The notes under the pieces: model-generated
What the model was told of the DNA's origin: nothing
The model's input: only the letters and a program-made list of their open reading frames with translations
The model's database searches: none
DNA from: Acidobacteriaceae bacterium
GTDB taxonomy: Bacteria; Acidobacteriota; Terriglobia; Terriglobales; Acidobacteriaceae
Direction: 5' to 3'
DNA: 64,000 nucleotides
NCBI GenBank assembly: GCA_003131585.1
Contig: PKVW01000027.1
Coordinates: 16,549-80,548, forward strand
Shown here: piece after piece, positions 46,995 through 57,598 of the stretch
How positions within the stretch are numbered: position 1 is the stretch's first letter
How the letters are laid out: each line of letters begins with the position of its first letter
Position numbers and translations under genes: made by a program

Positions 46995-47251
46995 TGCCGC
47001 GCGACCGCTTAACCCCAAAGGAAATTCAGGTGGCTACTCTCGTCTGGGAGGGAATGACCAATCGTGAGATTGGCAAGCTCATGAGCACCACGGAGCAGGT
47101 CATCAAGAATCACCTGCGCAGCACCTTCGACAAAGTGGGAGTCTGGAGCCGGCTCGAGTTGGCCATGTACGTCGCCAGTCACGGTGGCAAGAATTGGCTG
47201 GAAGAGCCGGAACGGCCGGTTTTCGCACCGGCTCGTGCCGCCGCGAGTTAA
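46991..47251 (+). CDS. Stand-alone LuxR/GerE-type HTH protein (pair B, second gene)
   Basis: LTPKEIQVATLVWEGMTNREIGKLMSTTEQVIKNHLRSTFDKVGVWSRLELAMY. Paralog of 41251-41484. Confidence 0.8.
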   Translation: MMPRDRLTPKEIQVATLVWEGMTNREIGKLMSTTEQVIKNHLRSTFDKVGVWSRLELAMYVASHGGKNWLEEPERPVFAPARAAAS

Positions 47252-47492
47252 CGGTGAAAGAAATGTCGGGCTTGCCTGCAAGATCTTGCGTAGTGCTCAT
47301 CGCGAGCAGACCGCTGCGGCAAAAGGTTTGCACTCCGATGCTCCGGCCCCGTTCGAAAGGTCGAGTACGGCATTGAAAAGAAAGAACTTGTTTTTCTTAC
47401 AGTCGGTCTGCAAATTGCAGCGGCAGACCCGACCCAACAGAGCGGGCTCACGCAGCCTCGAGCCAGCTCCGCAATCCCTGGGCGGGGCGGGA

Positions 47493-47891
47493 ATGGACTA
47501 CAAAGAGATCTTCTGGATGGCTTGCGACTCTACCGAGCGATTGCGGGCGGAATATGGCCCGTTTCACACTCGTGCGGAGGCGGAAGCCGAAGCCCGCAAG
47601 CTGGGGTTCAGTTACCTGCTGCGTTACGAACACCTGCTCGATGAAAACCAGGAGATTCAGGAGGTCCGGTGCATTTTCCTCGAGTTACCTGGCGCGGTTG
47701 CGGTGGAGGCTTCTTCCATCAGCCTGCACACCCGTTGCGCCACCTGTGGCGAGTCCGCTGCCCACGACAAGGCGTGGCAGGCTGAAGTGTGGGCGGACAT
47801 CCACGAGTTTGAACGCTCCCGCCATCGCGTGCGGCTTTTCGAGCACGCACGCGGCAAGGGCCTGAAGGAAATCGGTGGCTGGCGCGGATAA
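47493..47891 (+). CDS. Hypothetical protein (132 aa)
   Basis: ATG 47493 lies within a longer ORF (47184). No recognisable motif beyond CATCGES. Coding status is inferred from length and position only. Confidence 0.4.
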   Translation: MDYKEIFWMACDSTERLRAEYGPFHTRAEAEAEARKLGFSYLLRYEHLLDENQEIQEVRCIFLELPGAVAVEASSISLHTRCATCGESAAHDKAWQAEVWADIHEFERSRHRVRLFEHARGKGLKEIGGWRG

Positions 47892-47917
47892 TCCACAGCG
47901 GGGGGTTGGAACCCTCT

Positions 47918-48670
47918 TCACCCAGCCGTTGACAGTTCACTGGCGGCAGCGCGATCGACGAACCAGATTACCTGTCCGTCACTGGGTTGCACCAGTTTGG
48001 ATGGGTATTTCTCACCTGAGGAGTTGCCTTCCAGAGCTTCATGCAGAACCTCCGCCTTGTCAATTCCACTCACCAGGAACGCGATACAACGGGCTGCATT
48101 CAGCACCGGCAGCGTGAAAGTAATCCGGCTGGTTTTCAGTTTCTCCACCCAATTGGCCACCACCAGTCGCGATTTCTCCTGCAACGCCGCAGTTTCCGGG
48201 AACAAGGATGCGGTATGTCCGTCCGGTCCCAGGCCCAGCAGGATTAGATCGAAGCGGGGAAATTCGCCCGGCGCCAAAACGAAAAATTTCCTCAGAGTCT
48301 GCTCGTAGGCTGCCGCCGCGGCGGAGGCATCCGGATTCTCGGCGAGGATGGGGAAGATGTTGGCCGGAGGAATGGGAATCTTCGACAGCAGGGTTTCTTT
48401 CGCCATGCGGTAGTTGCTGTCGGGATCGTCCGGAGGAACATGGCGCTCATCGCCCCAGAAAAAAAACATTCGGTCCCAAGGCAGGCTGGCGCTGGCGTTG
48501 GCCGCGATCAGGGTGTACAAGTTCTTGGGAGTCGACCCGCCGGAGAGCGCAATCGCAAAGCGCCCACGCTGCGCGATTGCGTCGGCAGCGCCACGCAGGA
48601 CTTCCTCCGCGGCCGCCTGAAAAAGATCCTGCGGAGTGGTCAGTCTACGCAGGTCGGCGGGCGCACTCAC
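47918..48670 (-). CDS. pgl: 6-phosphogluconolactonase
   Basis: FAIALSGGSTP and FFFWGDERHVPPDDPDSNY. GTG 48670 overlaps the glk stop (GTGA). The ORF-track ATG at 48712 would overlap glk by 46 nt. Confidence 0.85.
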   Translation of the reverse strand: MSAPADLRRLTTPQDLFQAAAEEVLRGAADAIAQRGRFAIALSGGSTPKNLYTLIAANASASLPWDRMFFFWGDERHVPPDDPDSNYRMAKETLLSKIPIPPANIFPILAENPDASAAAAAYEQTLRKFFVLAPGEFPRFDLILLGLGPDGHTASLFPETAALQEKSRLVVANWVEKLKTSRITFTLPVLNAARCIAFLVSGIDKAEVLHEALEGNSSGEKYPSKLVQPSDGQVIWFVDRAAASELSTAG

Positions 48671-49665
48671 GACACTCCCGCCCGGCCGTTGCTGGACTTT
48701 GTGGCCGCACACCGGGCCGCCCCCAGCAGGCCTGCTTTGTCGTTGGTAATGACCTTTACGGGAATGCTCTCCAGAAGCGCGCGCAATCGGCCCTTCTCCA
48801 GAAAAGCACGCATAAACAGCGGGCCCGTGAGCTTGGGAAGAATCTTCGGCGAGATTCCGCCGCCGAGAAAAATTCCGCCGGTGGCCATCGCTTTGAGAGC
48901 CAGATTGCCCGCTTCCGCGCCGTACACGGAGATCCAGAGATCCAACGCTCGTTCCGCCAACCGATTTGTGCCGTTCAGAGCAGCATGGGAAATGGCTGCG
49001 GCGGCGTCTCCCTGGGCAAGTTGCCCGGCAAATCCGGCGGGTTCGTCCGCGCGGTCCGTTCCGCGCAGAAATTCATACACGCTAACCAGACCGGGTCCGG
49101 AGACGACGCGCTCGCAGCTGACGTGTCCGTAGCGGCTGGCCAGGAACCGCAACAGCTCGACCTGCAGATCTCCTTGGGGTGCGAAATCCGCATGTCCGCC
49201 CTCGCAAGCGAAAATCTCGTGTTGGCTGCCGTTCCAGCACAATCCGGCTTCTCCCAAGCCGGTTCCCGGCGCGATGACCGCCTGATTGCCAACCGACGGC
49301 TCCGCCCGGTTGAGAGGAATCAGATCCTGCGGGCTGAGGGCCGCAATGCCCCACGCGCTCGCTTCCAGATCGTTGATCAACAAAGTGGCGGGCAGTTGAA
49401 TCTGTTTCGCCAGGCGCGACTGTTCGACGACCCAGGGCAGGTTGGAGGTCTCGACCCGCCCATGGTGGACCGGCCCCGCAATTCCGAAGCAGGCAACCTC
49501 GGGCCGGGTATCGGAGTCTTGCAGGAACTTGGAGACAATCTCACCCAGTTCGCCGTATTCGCGGCTGGGGAACACGCGCTCGGTAATCAGCTGGAGATTG
49601 CCATTCTGGGGCTGAAAATAGGCTAGTCGAGCGTTGGTTCCCCCAATATCGCCAGCCAGGATCAT
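48667..49665 (-). CDS. glk: Glucokinase
   Basis: ATG 49665 overlaps the zwf stop (ATGA). [17 protein letters not shown] is the ATP-binding motif. 332 aa. The ORF-track start at 49863 lies inside zwf. Confidence 0.88.
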   Translation of the reverse strand: MILAGDIGGTNARLAYFQPQNGNLQLITERVFPSREYGELGEIVSKFLQDSDTRPEVACFGIAGPVHHGRVETSNLPWVVEQSRLAKQIQLPATLLINDLEASAWGIAALSPQDLIPLNRAEPSVGNQAVIAPGTGLGEAGLCWNGSQHEIFACEGGHADFAPQGDLQVELLRFLASRYGHVSCERVVSGPGLVSVYEFLRGTDRADEPAGFAGQLAQGDAAAAISHAALNGTNRLAERALDLWISVYGAEAGNLALKAMATGGIFLGGGISPKILPKLTGPLFMRAFLEKGRLRALLESIPVKVITNDKAGLLGAARCAATKSSNGRAGVS

Positions 49666-51203
49666 TTCTCGAAGTTCCTCCAGCGCCGGCCGTCGCGCTC
49701 GAGCAGATCGTTGGCCTCCTTCGGTCCCCACGTGCCCGAAGGGTAGTTGGGGAAGTTGCGCGGCGGCAGCGCCTTCCACAGATCGAGGACCGGATTGACT
49801 ACGCTCCAGCCCGCCTCCACCATGTCGGCGCGCTGGAATAATGTTTGATCGCCGATCATGCAATCATGCAACAGCCGCTCGTAGCCGGTGCTGGACTGCT
49901 TTCCAAAGTATTTCTGATATTCGAAGTTCATGTCCACCGTTCCCAGGCGCATCACCGGGCCGGGCACCTTCGCCGCGAATTGCAGCGAGATGCCTTCTTC
50001 CGGCTGGATGTGCAGCACCAACTGGTTCGGCATCAGGTGTTCCACGGACGTATCCCGGAACAGCACAAACGGGGCCTGGCGGAACTGGATCACGATGTGG
50101 GTGTGGCGTGCCGGCATGCGTTTTCCCGTACGCAGGTAGAAAGGAACGTCGGCCCAGCGCCAGTTGTCGATGAGCAACTTCATGGCGACGAAGGTCTCGG
50201 TGCGCGAGTCCGGCGCAACATCGCTTTCGCTCCGGTACGCTGGAACGCGTTCTCCCCCCAAGGTTCCTTCGCCGTACTGGCCGCGCACGGTCCGGCTCAG
50301 CACTTCTTCATCGCTCATCGGCTGAATGGCATGCAGGATCTTGGCCTGCTCATCGCGCACCGCATCGGGGTCAAACGAGATCGGAGGTTCCATGGTGGTG
50401 AGGCTGATGAGCTGCATGATGTGGTTCGGCACCATATCGCGCAGCGAACCCGCATGATCGAAGTAGCTGCCACGTTGTTCCACGCCTACGGTCTCAGCCA
50501 CGGAAATCTGGACGTGATCGATGTAGCGGCGGTTCCAGATAGGTTCAAAGATTCCGTTGGCGAAACGGAATGCCATGATGTTCTGCACGGTCTCTTTACC
50601 CAGGTAGTGATCGATGCGGTAGATCTGCTTTTCCTCAGCAACCTTCCGCAGTTGCTGGTTGAGGGCTTTGGCCGATGCCAGGTCGTGTCCGAAAGGTTTC
50701 TCGATCACCACCCGGCGCCAGTGGTCGGCGCCCTGCTCCATCAGTCCAGCGCTGGCCAGCTTCTCCACTAGTGGGCCAAAGTAGCTGGGGGCGGTCGCCA
50801 GATAGTAAAAATAGTTTTGCTGGGCGGAGTGGTCGCGGTCGATCTTACCCAGATACTCTTTCAGTTTGGCGCAGAGGTCTGGAGCATTGAAATCTCCAGC
50901 GAAGTAATAAAAGCGGCGAATGAAATTGTCCCATAGCGTAGGGTCGATATCTTCGGCGCCAGACTCTTTGATCTCGTCAGTAACTTTCTTCCGGAAATCA
51001 TCGTTGGACATCTGAGACCGGGCCACGCCCAACACGGCGAATTCTTTGGAGAGCAGATCGGCTCGCGCCAGGTTGTAAAGCGCGGGAATCAACTTGCGTC
51101 CGGTCAGATCGCCGGCGGCGCCGAAGATCACCATCACACACGGATCCCCTTGTTTACCGATGCGCGGTGTGGTCGTTGTGGGTTGCTCCGTCAATTGCGC
51201 CAT
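49662..51203 (-). CDS. zwf: Glucose-6-phosphate 1-dehydrogenase
   Basis: [21 protein letters not shown] and [15 protein letters not shown], the canonical Zwf motifs. 513 aa. Confidence 0.95.
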   Translation of the reverse strand: MAQLTEQPTTTTPRIGKQGDPCVMVIFGAAGDLTGRKLIPALYNLARADLLSKEFAVLGVARSQMSNDDFRKKVTDEIKESGAEDIDPTLWDNFIRRFYYFAGDFNAPDLCAKLKEYLGKIDRDHSAQQNYFYYLATAPSYFGPLVEKLASAGLMEQGADHWRRVVIEKPFGHDLASAKALNQQLRKVAEEKQIYRIDHYLGKETVQNIMAFRFANGIFEPIWNRRYIDHVQISVAETVGVEQRGSYFDHAGSLRDMVPNHIMQLISLTTMEPPISFDPDAVRDEQAKILHAIQPMSDEEVLSRTVRGQYGEGTLGGERVPAYRSESDVAPDSRTETFVAMKLLIDNWRWADVPFYLRTGKRMPARHTHIVIQFRQAPFVLFRDTSVEHLMPNQLVLHIQPEEGISLQFAAKVPGPVMRLGTVDMNFEYQKYFGKQSSTGYERLLHDCMIGDQTLFQRADMVEAGWSVVNPVLDLWKALPPRNFPNYPSGTWGPKEANDLLERDGRRWRNFEK

Positions 51204-51243
51204 GGATCGGGTGTCCTCGGGATTCCGCTGGAAGAACTTGTGG

Positions 51244-52236
51244 TTACGCGCCTTTCTTGGCGGCGCCGCCCTCGATGTGTCCGCCGAATTTCTGCCGCAT
51301 GGCGGAAAGCATTTTCTCCGCGAATGTGTGTTCCTGCCGCGAGCGGAAGCGCACGTACAACGCCGCGGTCAGCACATCCGCCGGCACCGCTTCTTCCAGA
51401 GCTGCCTGGATCGTCCAGCGCCCTTCGCCGGAATCCGCCACATACCCCTCGTATTCCGAGAGCGTCGGATTCTCGGTCAAAGCCATGGCGGTAAGATCCA
51501 GCAGCCACGAACTGATTACGCTGCCCCGCCGCCATACCTCGGCGACATCCGGCAAATTCAGATCGTAGCGGATATTTTCCGGCAAATCTTTGCTGGTGGC
51601 GTTCTTGAAGATGTCGAAGCCCTCCGCATACGCCTGCATAATGCCGTATTCGATACCGTTGTGCACCATTTTCACGAAATGCCCTGCACCCGAAGGACCG
51701 CAGTGAATATAGCCTTCCTCCGCCGTGCCGCCGAGTTTTTCCCGGCCGGGAGTGCGCGGGATATCGCCCCTGCCCGGGGCCAGGGTCTTGAAAATGGGAT
51801 TGAGCCGCTGCACCGCTTCGTCGGGTCCGCCAATCATCATGCAGTAACCCCGCTCGAGACCCCAGACGCCGCCGCTGGTTCCCACGTCCACATAGTGGAT
51901 GCCTTTACTCTTGACCTGACCGGCCCGGCGCACGTCGTCTTTGAAATAGGAATTGCCGCCGTCGATGATGATGTCGCCGGCCTGCATGTGCTGCGCGAGC
52001 TTCTGCACAGTCTGTTCGGTGGGACCGCCCGATGGCACCATGACCCACGCCGCACGCGGGGGCGTCAGTTTGCCGACCAGATCTTCCAGCGACGACGAAC
52101 CGCCGGCCCCTTCGCCCGCAAGCCGCTTCACCGCGTCCGCGCTCAGATCCGAGACTACGAGTTGATGTCCGCCACGCATCAGGCGGCGCGTCATGTTCGC
52201 GCCCATGCGGCCCAGACCCACCATTCCCAATTGCAT
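51244..52236 (-). CDS. gnd: 6-phosphogluconate dehydrogenase (decarboxylating), short approx 330-aa type
   Basis: ATG 52236 with AAGGAG upstream. [19 protein letters not shown] Rossmann motif and [14 protein letters not shown]. The ORF-track start at 52488 is an upstream extension. Confidence 0.9.
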   Translation of the reverse strand: MQLGMVGLGRMGANMTRRLMRGGHQLVVSDLSADAVKRLAGEGAGGSSSLEDLVGKLTPPRAAWVMVPSGGPTEQTVQKLAQHMQAGDIIIDGGNSYFKDDVRRAGQVKSKGIHYVDVGTSGGVWGLERGYCMMIGGPDEAVQRLNPIFKTLAPGRGDIPRTPGREKLGGTAEEGYIHCGPSGAGHFVKMVHNGIEYGIMQAYAEGFDIFKNATSKDLPENIRYDLNLPDVAEVWRRGSVISSWLLDLTAMALTENPTLSEYEGYVADSGEGRWTIQAALEEAVPADVLTAALYVRFRSRQEHTFAEKMLSAMRQKFGGHIEGGAAKKGA

Positions 52237-52295
52237 GTGTTGCTCCTTAAACCGTATCCGTAGCGCCGGCGTCCCGCCGGCTGGCGCTGCGAAAA

Positions 52296-54017
52296 CTATC
52301 CCAGTGCTTCTCGAATGGCTGCCTCTAGCGTCGCCAGACCTGCGCCAACATCTCGTCCTAGATGCGCGCGGAGCGCACGTCGCCCGCGCTCGGCAAGTAT
52401 CTGGAAATCGCCGCGCGCCTGCGCCGCTTTGACCACGCCGAAGGTGTACTTCTGTCCCGGCACCGGCAGGTCCAGGGCATCGTCGCAAGTGATCTGCAGA
52501 AACACTCCGGAATTCGGGCCGCCTTTGTACGCCTGTCCCGTCGAATGCAGAAAACGAGGTCCAAAGCCCAGGCAGGTTGCCACATGTTTATGGTCCCGCA
52601 CCGCGTGCCGTATGGCCCGCAGGTTTTTCTCGTGCTCGGCGTTCCGCTGGATGAATCCCAGCACGGCAAAGTAATCGCCGGTCTTGATGCGGCCCAGGTG
52701 AGCCTTCAAATATCCGGCTAGAGACTTGTCTGCGCCCGCGGTTCGCGCCAGATCCGCGGCGTTCTTCTCGTCGGTGAACAGCTTGATGCCGTCGTCTTCC
52801 AGTACAGGTTTTTCCGCCGGCAGGGAACCGGTCTTTTCGTACGCAGACGTCAGGTTCCGGGTGGCAATCTTGCTGGCTTCGACGTCGGGCTGGTTGAACG
52901 CGTTAATCCCGATGATGGAACCGGCAACGGCGGTGGCAATCTCCCAGCGGAAAAATTCCGCGCCCAGGTCATAGATGTCGGCCATCGAGATCCGCAGCAC
53001 CGGATGTCCGGCCTTTTCGAGCGCCGCCAGCTTCGAGTCCCGGCCCGCATCGGCCGCAGCTTCAGTGTGGATGTAGACAAATACGCGATCATGGCCGTAA
53101 ACCTCAGGCGCCGCCAGTTCTTCGCGGTCCACTGGGATCATGCCTTTTCCAACTTTCCCCGTGGACTCGGCCAGCAATTGCTCGAGCCATGCGCCCAGGT
53201 CGGCGATCTCTGGAGAAGTGAGGATCGTGACTTTATCGCGGCCGCTCCGTGCCGCGGCGCCCAAAATGATTCCCAGCACTGCGCCGGGATTTTCCTCGAC
53301 GGGCGCGGCTGGGCCGCAGGCGCGCACCATTTCTTGTGTGCGGTCGAGAAACTTCTTCGTGTCCACTCCAATCACGGCGGCGGGCACCATGCCGAAGTTC
53401 GACAGCGCCGAATAGCGGCCGCCGATCGATGGCCGGCCAAAAAAGATATGCCGGAAACGGTCTGTTTCCGCTACCTGCTGCATCTTCGACCCGGGATCGG
53501 TGATGGCCATGAAGTGGCTGCCGGCCTGATCCGCGCCCACAACCTGCTTCGTACGTTCAAAGAAATATTGCTTGAAGATGTTGGGTTCGAGGGTGCTGCC
53601 CGACTTGCTGGAAACAATGAAGAGCGTCCGGGCAATATCGATCTTGTTTTCAAACGCCTTCACCTGCGCCGGATCGGTGGAGTCGAGAACGTGCAGATTA
53701 GGATAGCCGGCCATCGTGCCGAACGTCATGCGCAGAACTTCCGGGCAGAGACTCGATCCTCCCATGCCCAGCAGAAGAACGTCCTTGAACCCCGCGCTCC
53801 AGACCTCCTTGGCGATGTTCCGCAACTCGATGGGGTGCGCAATCTGCTCTTCGGTGATGTCCAACCACCCTAGCCAACTAGCCTCATCGCTGCCGGTCCA
53901 GAGCGTTGCGTCGTGCTGCCAAAGACGCGGTACCTTGCTGCCTGACTTCCAATCGCCGATAGTGGTCTTCACCCCCGCGGCCAGGGTTTCCGGCAGCGAA
54001 GATTTCAGGCGGCTCAA
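52296..54017 (-). CDS. pgi: Glucose-6-phosphate isomerase (type found fused to transaldolase in some bacteria)
   Basis: [37 protein letters not shown] 54017 overlaps the tal stop (TTGA). Confidence 0.85.
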   Translation of the reverse strand: MSRLKSSLPETLAAGVKTTIGDWKSGSKVPRLWQHDATLWTGSDEASWLGWLDITEEQIAHPIELRNIAKEVWSAGFKDVLLLGMGGSSLCPEVLRMTFGTMAGYPNLHVLDSTDPAQVKAFENKIDIARTLFIVSSKSGSTLEPNIFKQYFFERTKQVVGADQAGSHFMAITDPGSKMQQVAETDRFRHIFFGRPSIGGRYSALSNFGMVPAAVIGVDTKKFLDRTQEMVRACGPAAPVEENPGAVLGIILGAAARSGRDKVTILTSPEIADLGAWLEQLLAESTGKVGKGMIPVDREELAAPEVYGHDRVFVYIHTEAAADAGRDSKLAALEKAGHPVLRISMADIYDLGAEFFRWEIATAVAGSIIGINAFNQPDVEASKIATRNLTSAYEKTGSLPAEKPVLEDDGIKLFTDEKNAADLARTAGADKSLAGYLKAHLGRIKTGDYFAVLGFIQRNAEHEKNLRAIRHAVRDHKHVATCLGFGPRFLHSTGQAYKGGPNSGVFLQITCDDALDLPVPGQKYTFGVVKAAQARGDFQILAERGRRALRAHLGRDVGAGLATLEAAIREALG

Positions 54018-55183
54018 GCGGTTTTTCCTTGTTGCTGCGTGCTTTTCTCCACAGCAGCCAGCAGCTTGTGGAAGGCGTCGGCAAACAGCTTCACGCCGTC
54101 AGTCGTCAGCTTTGACGTCACTTCTTTGATCGAGATGCCGGCTTTCGCCAAATCGTCCATCACTTTCTGTGAGTTTGCCACATCCTCGGTAAGGCTGTTC
54201 CTCAATCGCCCGTGATCGCGAAATGCATCGATCGTGGCCGGCGGCATCGTATTTACCGTGTCGGGCCCGATCAATTCCTCGATGTACATCACGTCACGAT
54301 AGGCGGGATTCTTCGTGCTGGTGCTCGCCCACAGCACGCGCTGGGTCTGCCCTCCCTTGGCCGCCAGGGCTTCCCATCGCGGCGCGCCGAAGATTCGCTG
54401 ATAGCGCTGATAGGCCAGCTTCCCATTGGCGATGGCGACTTTGCCCAGAAGACTCTTCAGCAGCGCTTGCTGCTGGGCATCGGCGGCGGTCTTCAGCTTA
54501 TCTTCGATCATGGAATCCACCAGCGTGTCGATGCGGCTGATGAAGAAGCTGGCCACTCCTGCAATCTTGTTCAAATTGCCGCCGCGTTTTGCCAGATCCT
54601 CGAGTCCGGCGATGTGGGCCTCCGCAACCTTCTCGTACACTTCCTGCGCGAACAACAAGGTCACGTTGATGTTGATGCCTTCGCCAATGAGCTGGCGAAT
54701 TGCCGGAAGTCCCTCCGCCGTGCCCGGAACCTTGATCATCACGTTCTCGCGATTCACGGCCTTCCACAGGCGCCGCGCTTCCTCGATCGTCTCCTGTGTT
54801 TTTAGCGCGAGCAGGGGAGAAACTTCCAGGCTGACATATCCATCCCTGCACTTCGAACTTTCATACACCAAACGCAGCACATCGGCGGCGCCTTGAATAT
54901 CGCGGATGGCAAGCTGTTCGTACCGGCCAATCGTGTCTAGTTCACGCGAAGCCGGCGACTTCAGCATATCGTCATAGAGCGAGCTTTCCCCGATGGCCTT
55001 CTCGAAGATGGAGGGATTCGAGGTCATCCCTCGCAGACCGTCGACTTCAATCATCTTTTTGAGGCTGCCGCTCGTGATTAGATCGCGCCGAATGTAGTCG
55101 AGCCACATGGACTGTCCATAGTTGAGCAATGCCTTGAGCGGATTCGTAGCTTTTGAGGTTTCTAGAACTCCAGTGGGCTGCAT
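54014..55183 (-). CDS. tal: Transaldolase
   Basis: ATG 55183 with AGGAAGAG upstream. NPLKALLNYGQSMWLDYIRR, GMTSNPSIF, MIKVPGT (Schiff-base Lys context). The ORF-track start at 55276 is a TTG extension through the tandem repeat. Confidence 0.9.
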   Translation of the reverse strand: MQPTGVLETSKATNPLKALLNYGQSMWLDYIRRDLITSGSLKKMIEVDGLRGMTSNPSIFEKAIGESSLYDDMLKSPASRELDTIGRYEQLAIRDIQGAADVLRLVYESSKCRDGYVSLEVSPLLALKTQETIEEARRLWKAVNRENVMIKVPGTAEGLPAIRQLIGEGININVTLLFAQEVYEKVAEAHIAGLEDLAKRGGNLNKIAGVASFFISRIDTLVDSMIEDKLKTAADAQQQALLKSLLGKVAIANGKLAYQRYQRIFGAPRWEALAAKGGQTQRVLWASTSTKNPAYRDVMYIEELIGPDTVNTMPPATIDAFRDHGRLRNSLTEDVANSQKVMDDLAKAGISIKEVTSKLTTDGVKLFADAFHKLLAAVEKSTQQQGKTA

Positions 55184-55227
55184 AATGATCTCTTCCTGGG
55201 GAACTGATGGCGGACGTCGTTCCTTGA

Positions 55228-55272
55228 TCCAACAATGTCCGATCCAACAATGTCCGGTCCAACAATGTCCGG
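55228..55272. repeat. Three tandem 15-bp direct repeats (tccaacaatgtccg[a/g]) in the tkt-tal spacer
   Basis: Read directly: tccaacaatgtccga tccaacaatgtccgg tccaacaatgtccgg. Located 45-90 nt upstream of the tal ATG on the coding (minus) strand. Confidence 0.9.
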
Positions 55273-55316
55273 TCAAATCTGGTGGCCCACTTGCGAGTGG
55301 AACAGGTGAATCGCCG

Positions 55317-57398
55317 CTACTTCTCCGCTATCGCCTTGCGCGCTTCCGCAACCACCACATCTGCGGTGAAGCCAAAAAACTTCAACAAGTCTTTCAACGG
55401 CGCCGAGGCTCCGAACCGGTGCATGCCAACCTTTCGCCCCTTTAGTCCAACATACCGCTCCCAGCCAAAAGTGGCCGCCATCTCCACCGAAACCCGCGCC
55501 GTCACCGAAGAGGGAAGAACGCTTTCTTTGTAGGCCGCGTCCTGCTCGTCAAAAAGCTTCCACGAAGGCATGCTCACTACTCGTGCCTGAACGCCTTCCG
55601 CCTTGAGCTTTTCGTAGGCCTCGATGCACAGCGAAACCTCACTGCCTGTGCCCATAAGAATCACGTCAGGTTTGCCGGCCGGCGCATCGGCCAGAACATA
55701 CGCTCCTCTTGCCGTCCCGGAGGCGGCACTGTACTTCGTGCGGTCAAAGGTGGGAACCGCTTGCCGGGTCAGTACGAGTGCCACCGGCCGGTGTTGCAAC
55801 TGCGCGATGATCTTCCACGCTTCGACCACCTCGTTCGCATCGGCGGGACGAAGCACAACCAGATTTGGCATGGCGCGCAACGACGCCAGTTGCTCGATGG
55901 GCTGGTGGGTCGGCCCGTCTTCTCCCAGGCCTATCGAATCGTGCGTGAAAATGAAAATGGAGGGAATCTCCATCAGCGCCGCGAGCCGGATGCTGGGGCG
56001 CATGTAGTCGCTGAAATTAAAGAAGGTCGCGCCGAACGCCCGGATTCCAGAAACCGCGAGCCCGTTCACGCTCGCGGCCATCGCGTGTTCGCGAACGCCG
56101 AAATGCAGATTGCGTCCCGCATAGCTGCCCGCCTGAAAGTCGCCTGCTCCTTCAAACTTCAGCGTCGTCTTGTTCGAGGTCGCTAAATCCGCCGAGCCGC
56201 CGATCAGCCACGGAATGTTCTGCGCGAGCGCATTGAGTACCTTGCCGGAACTCTCTCGTGTCGCTACTCCCTTGGGGTCCGCCGGAAAGGTGGGCAGGTT
56301 CTTATCCCAGCCGCTTGGAAGTTCTCGGCGTTGCATAAGATGCAATCTCTCGGCCAGGTCCGGATACTTTTGCGAATACTCGGCGAACATCTTCGCCCAT
56401 TTTGCGCGCGCATCGCGCCCGCGCCTTCCAATTCCCTCCTGAAAGTGTTCCCGCACGCCCTCCGGCACCAGAAACTTGGCATCCTCCGGCCAGCCATAAA
56501 ACTTCTTCGTCAGCCGCACTTCTTCTTCGCCGAGCGGCTCTCCGTGGGCCGCACTGGTGTCCTGTTTGTGGGGCGATCCATAGCCAATGTGGCTGTCCAC
56601 GATGATCAGCGTGGGGCGATCCGTCGTCTTCCGGAAGGTTTCAAAAGCCCGCGCCAGCATCTCCAGATCGTTCGCATCGGCGACGCGCGTTACATTCCAG
56701 CCGTAGCCGACGAAGCGCGTGGCGACGTCTTCGCTGAACGACCAATCGGCGGGACCATCCAGCGTGATATGGTTATGGTCATACATCCAGCACAGATTCG
56801 ACAGCTTCAGATGGCCCGCCAGCGACGCGGCTTCGCCACTGATGCCTTCCATCAGGTCGCCGTCCGAACACATTGCGTAGATGTTGTAATCGAAGATCTC
56901 AAAGCCGGGCCGGTTGAAATTTGCGGCCAGCCACCGGCTGCCGATGGCCATGCCCACGCTGTTTCCCACGCCCTGGCCGAGCGGCCCCGTCGTGGTCTCC
57001 ACCCCAGTCGTGATGTGCGATTCGGGATGTCCCGGAGTCCGGCTTCCGAGTTGCCGGAAGCGCTTGATCTCCTCCATCGGAACTGACAGCCCCTTCAGAA
57101 CTTCCCCGTTCTTGCTAACTTCGCGCACGCCCGTAAGATGAAGCATGGCGTAGAGCAGCATGGAAGCGTGGCCATTCGACAGTACGAACCGGTCGCGGTT
57201 CAGCCACTTCGGATCTTCCGGGTCGTATCGCAGAAACTCCTGCCACAGGCAGTAAGTCACGGGCGCCAAGCCCATGGGCGCGCCGGGATGTCCGCTGTTG
57301 GCCTGTTCTACCGCGTCAATCGCCAAGGTACGGATCGTGTTAATGCACAGCGTGTCCAACTGCTTGCCGGTCACCAACGCCTGTTCAATGGCTACCAT
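55317..57398 (-). CDS. tkt: Transketolase
   Basis: ATG 57398 (MVAIEQ...). [19 protein letters not shown]-like [24 protein letters not shown]. 693 aa. Confidence 0.95.
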   Translation of the reverse strand: MVAIEQALVTGKQLDTLCINTIRTLAIDAVEQANSGHPGAPMGLAPVTYCLWQEFLRYDPEDPKWLNRDRFVLSNGHASMLLYAMLHLTGVREVSKNGEVLKGLSVPMEEIKRFRQLGSRTPGHPESHITTGVETTTGPLGQGVGNSVGMAIGSRWLAANFNRPGFEIFDYNIYAMCSDGDLMEGISGEAASLAGHLKLSNLCWMYDHNHITLDGPADWSFSEDVATRFVGYGWNVTRVADANDLEMLARAFETFRKTTDRPTLIIVDSHIGYGSPHKQDTSAAHGEPLGEEEVRLTKKFYGWPEDAKFLVPEGVREHFQEGIGRRGRDARAKWAKMFAEYSQKYPDLAERLHLMQRRELPSGWDKNLPTFPADPKGVATRESSGKVLNALAQNIPWLIGGSADLATSNKTTLKFEGAGDFQAGSYAGRNLHFGVREHAMAASVNGLAVSGIRAFGATFFNFSDYMRPSIRLAALMEIPSIFIFTHDSIGLGEDGPTHQPIEQLASLRAMPNLVVLRPADANEVVEAWKIIAQLQHRPVALVLTRQAVPTFDRTKYSAASGTARGAYVLADAPAGKPDVILMGTGSEVSLCIEAYEKLKAEGVQARVVSMPSWKLFDEQDAAYKESVLPSSVTARVSVEMAATFGWERYVGLKGRKVGMHRFGASAPLKDLLKFFGFTADVVVAEARKAIAEK

Positions 57399-57598
57399 GC
57401 GATGCGCGCTCCTCCCAGGGGGACAACCCAACCTTTACCGGCATTGCTCCACTGGCCCTTCTTAATTAGAGTTCCCAGGACAGAAAAGGGTTTCAGCTAC
57501 GCACCGAGTGTATCAATTTCTTGCGGATCAATGTCGCCGGATCGGTGAAAACTCGAGAGAATTACAGGAAAGGAGAGAACTGAAAACAGGGATACCAG

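Noticed and set aside
40400-47900. Regulatory islet as a horizontally acquired mobile element
   Set aside because: There are signs of remodelling (an RND stump and duplicated gene pairs). However, I see no integrase, transposase, flanking direct repeats or intact tRNA target, so a mobile-element call is not supported.
48208-49626. 472-aa ORF on the + strand, plus similar long antisense ORFs at 51094-52263, 61231-62292, 62466-63386, 15259-16296, 38377-39408 and 3396-4247
   Set aside because: Each one is antisense to a gene with unambiguous family motifs (glk/pgl, gnd, emrA, emrB, the propeller protein, GT2/wecB, asnB). All have low-complexity Arg/Pro/Gly-rich translations and no SD-supported starts.
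55184-55276. N-terminal extension of transaldolase encoding MTGHCWTGHCWIGHCWIKE... ((GHCW)3 from the 15-bp repeats)
   Set aside because: It would need a TTG start with no SD. ATG 55183 has an AGGA-type SD and gives an N-terminus of normal length for the family. I treat the repeat as non-coding DNA, though N-terminal proteomics could test this.
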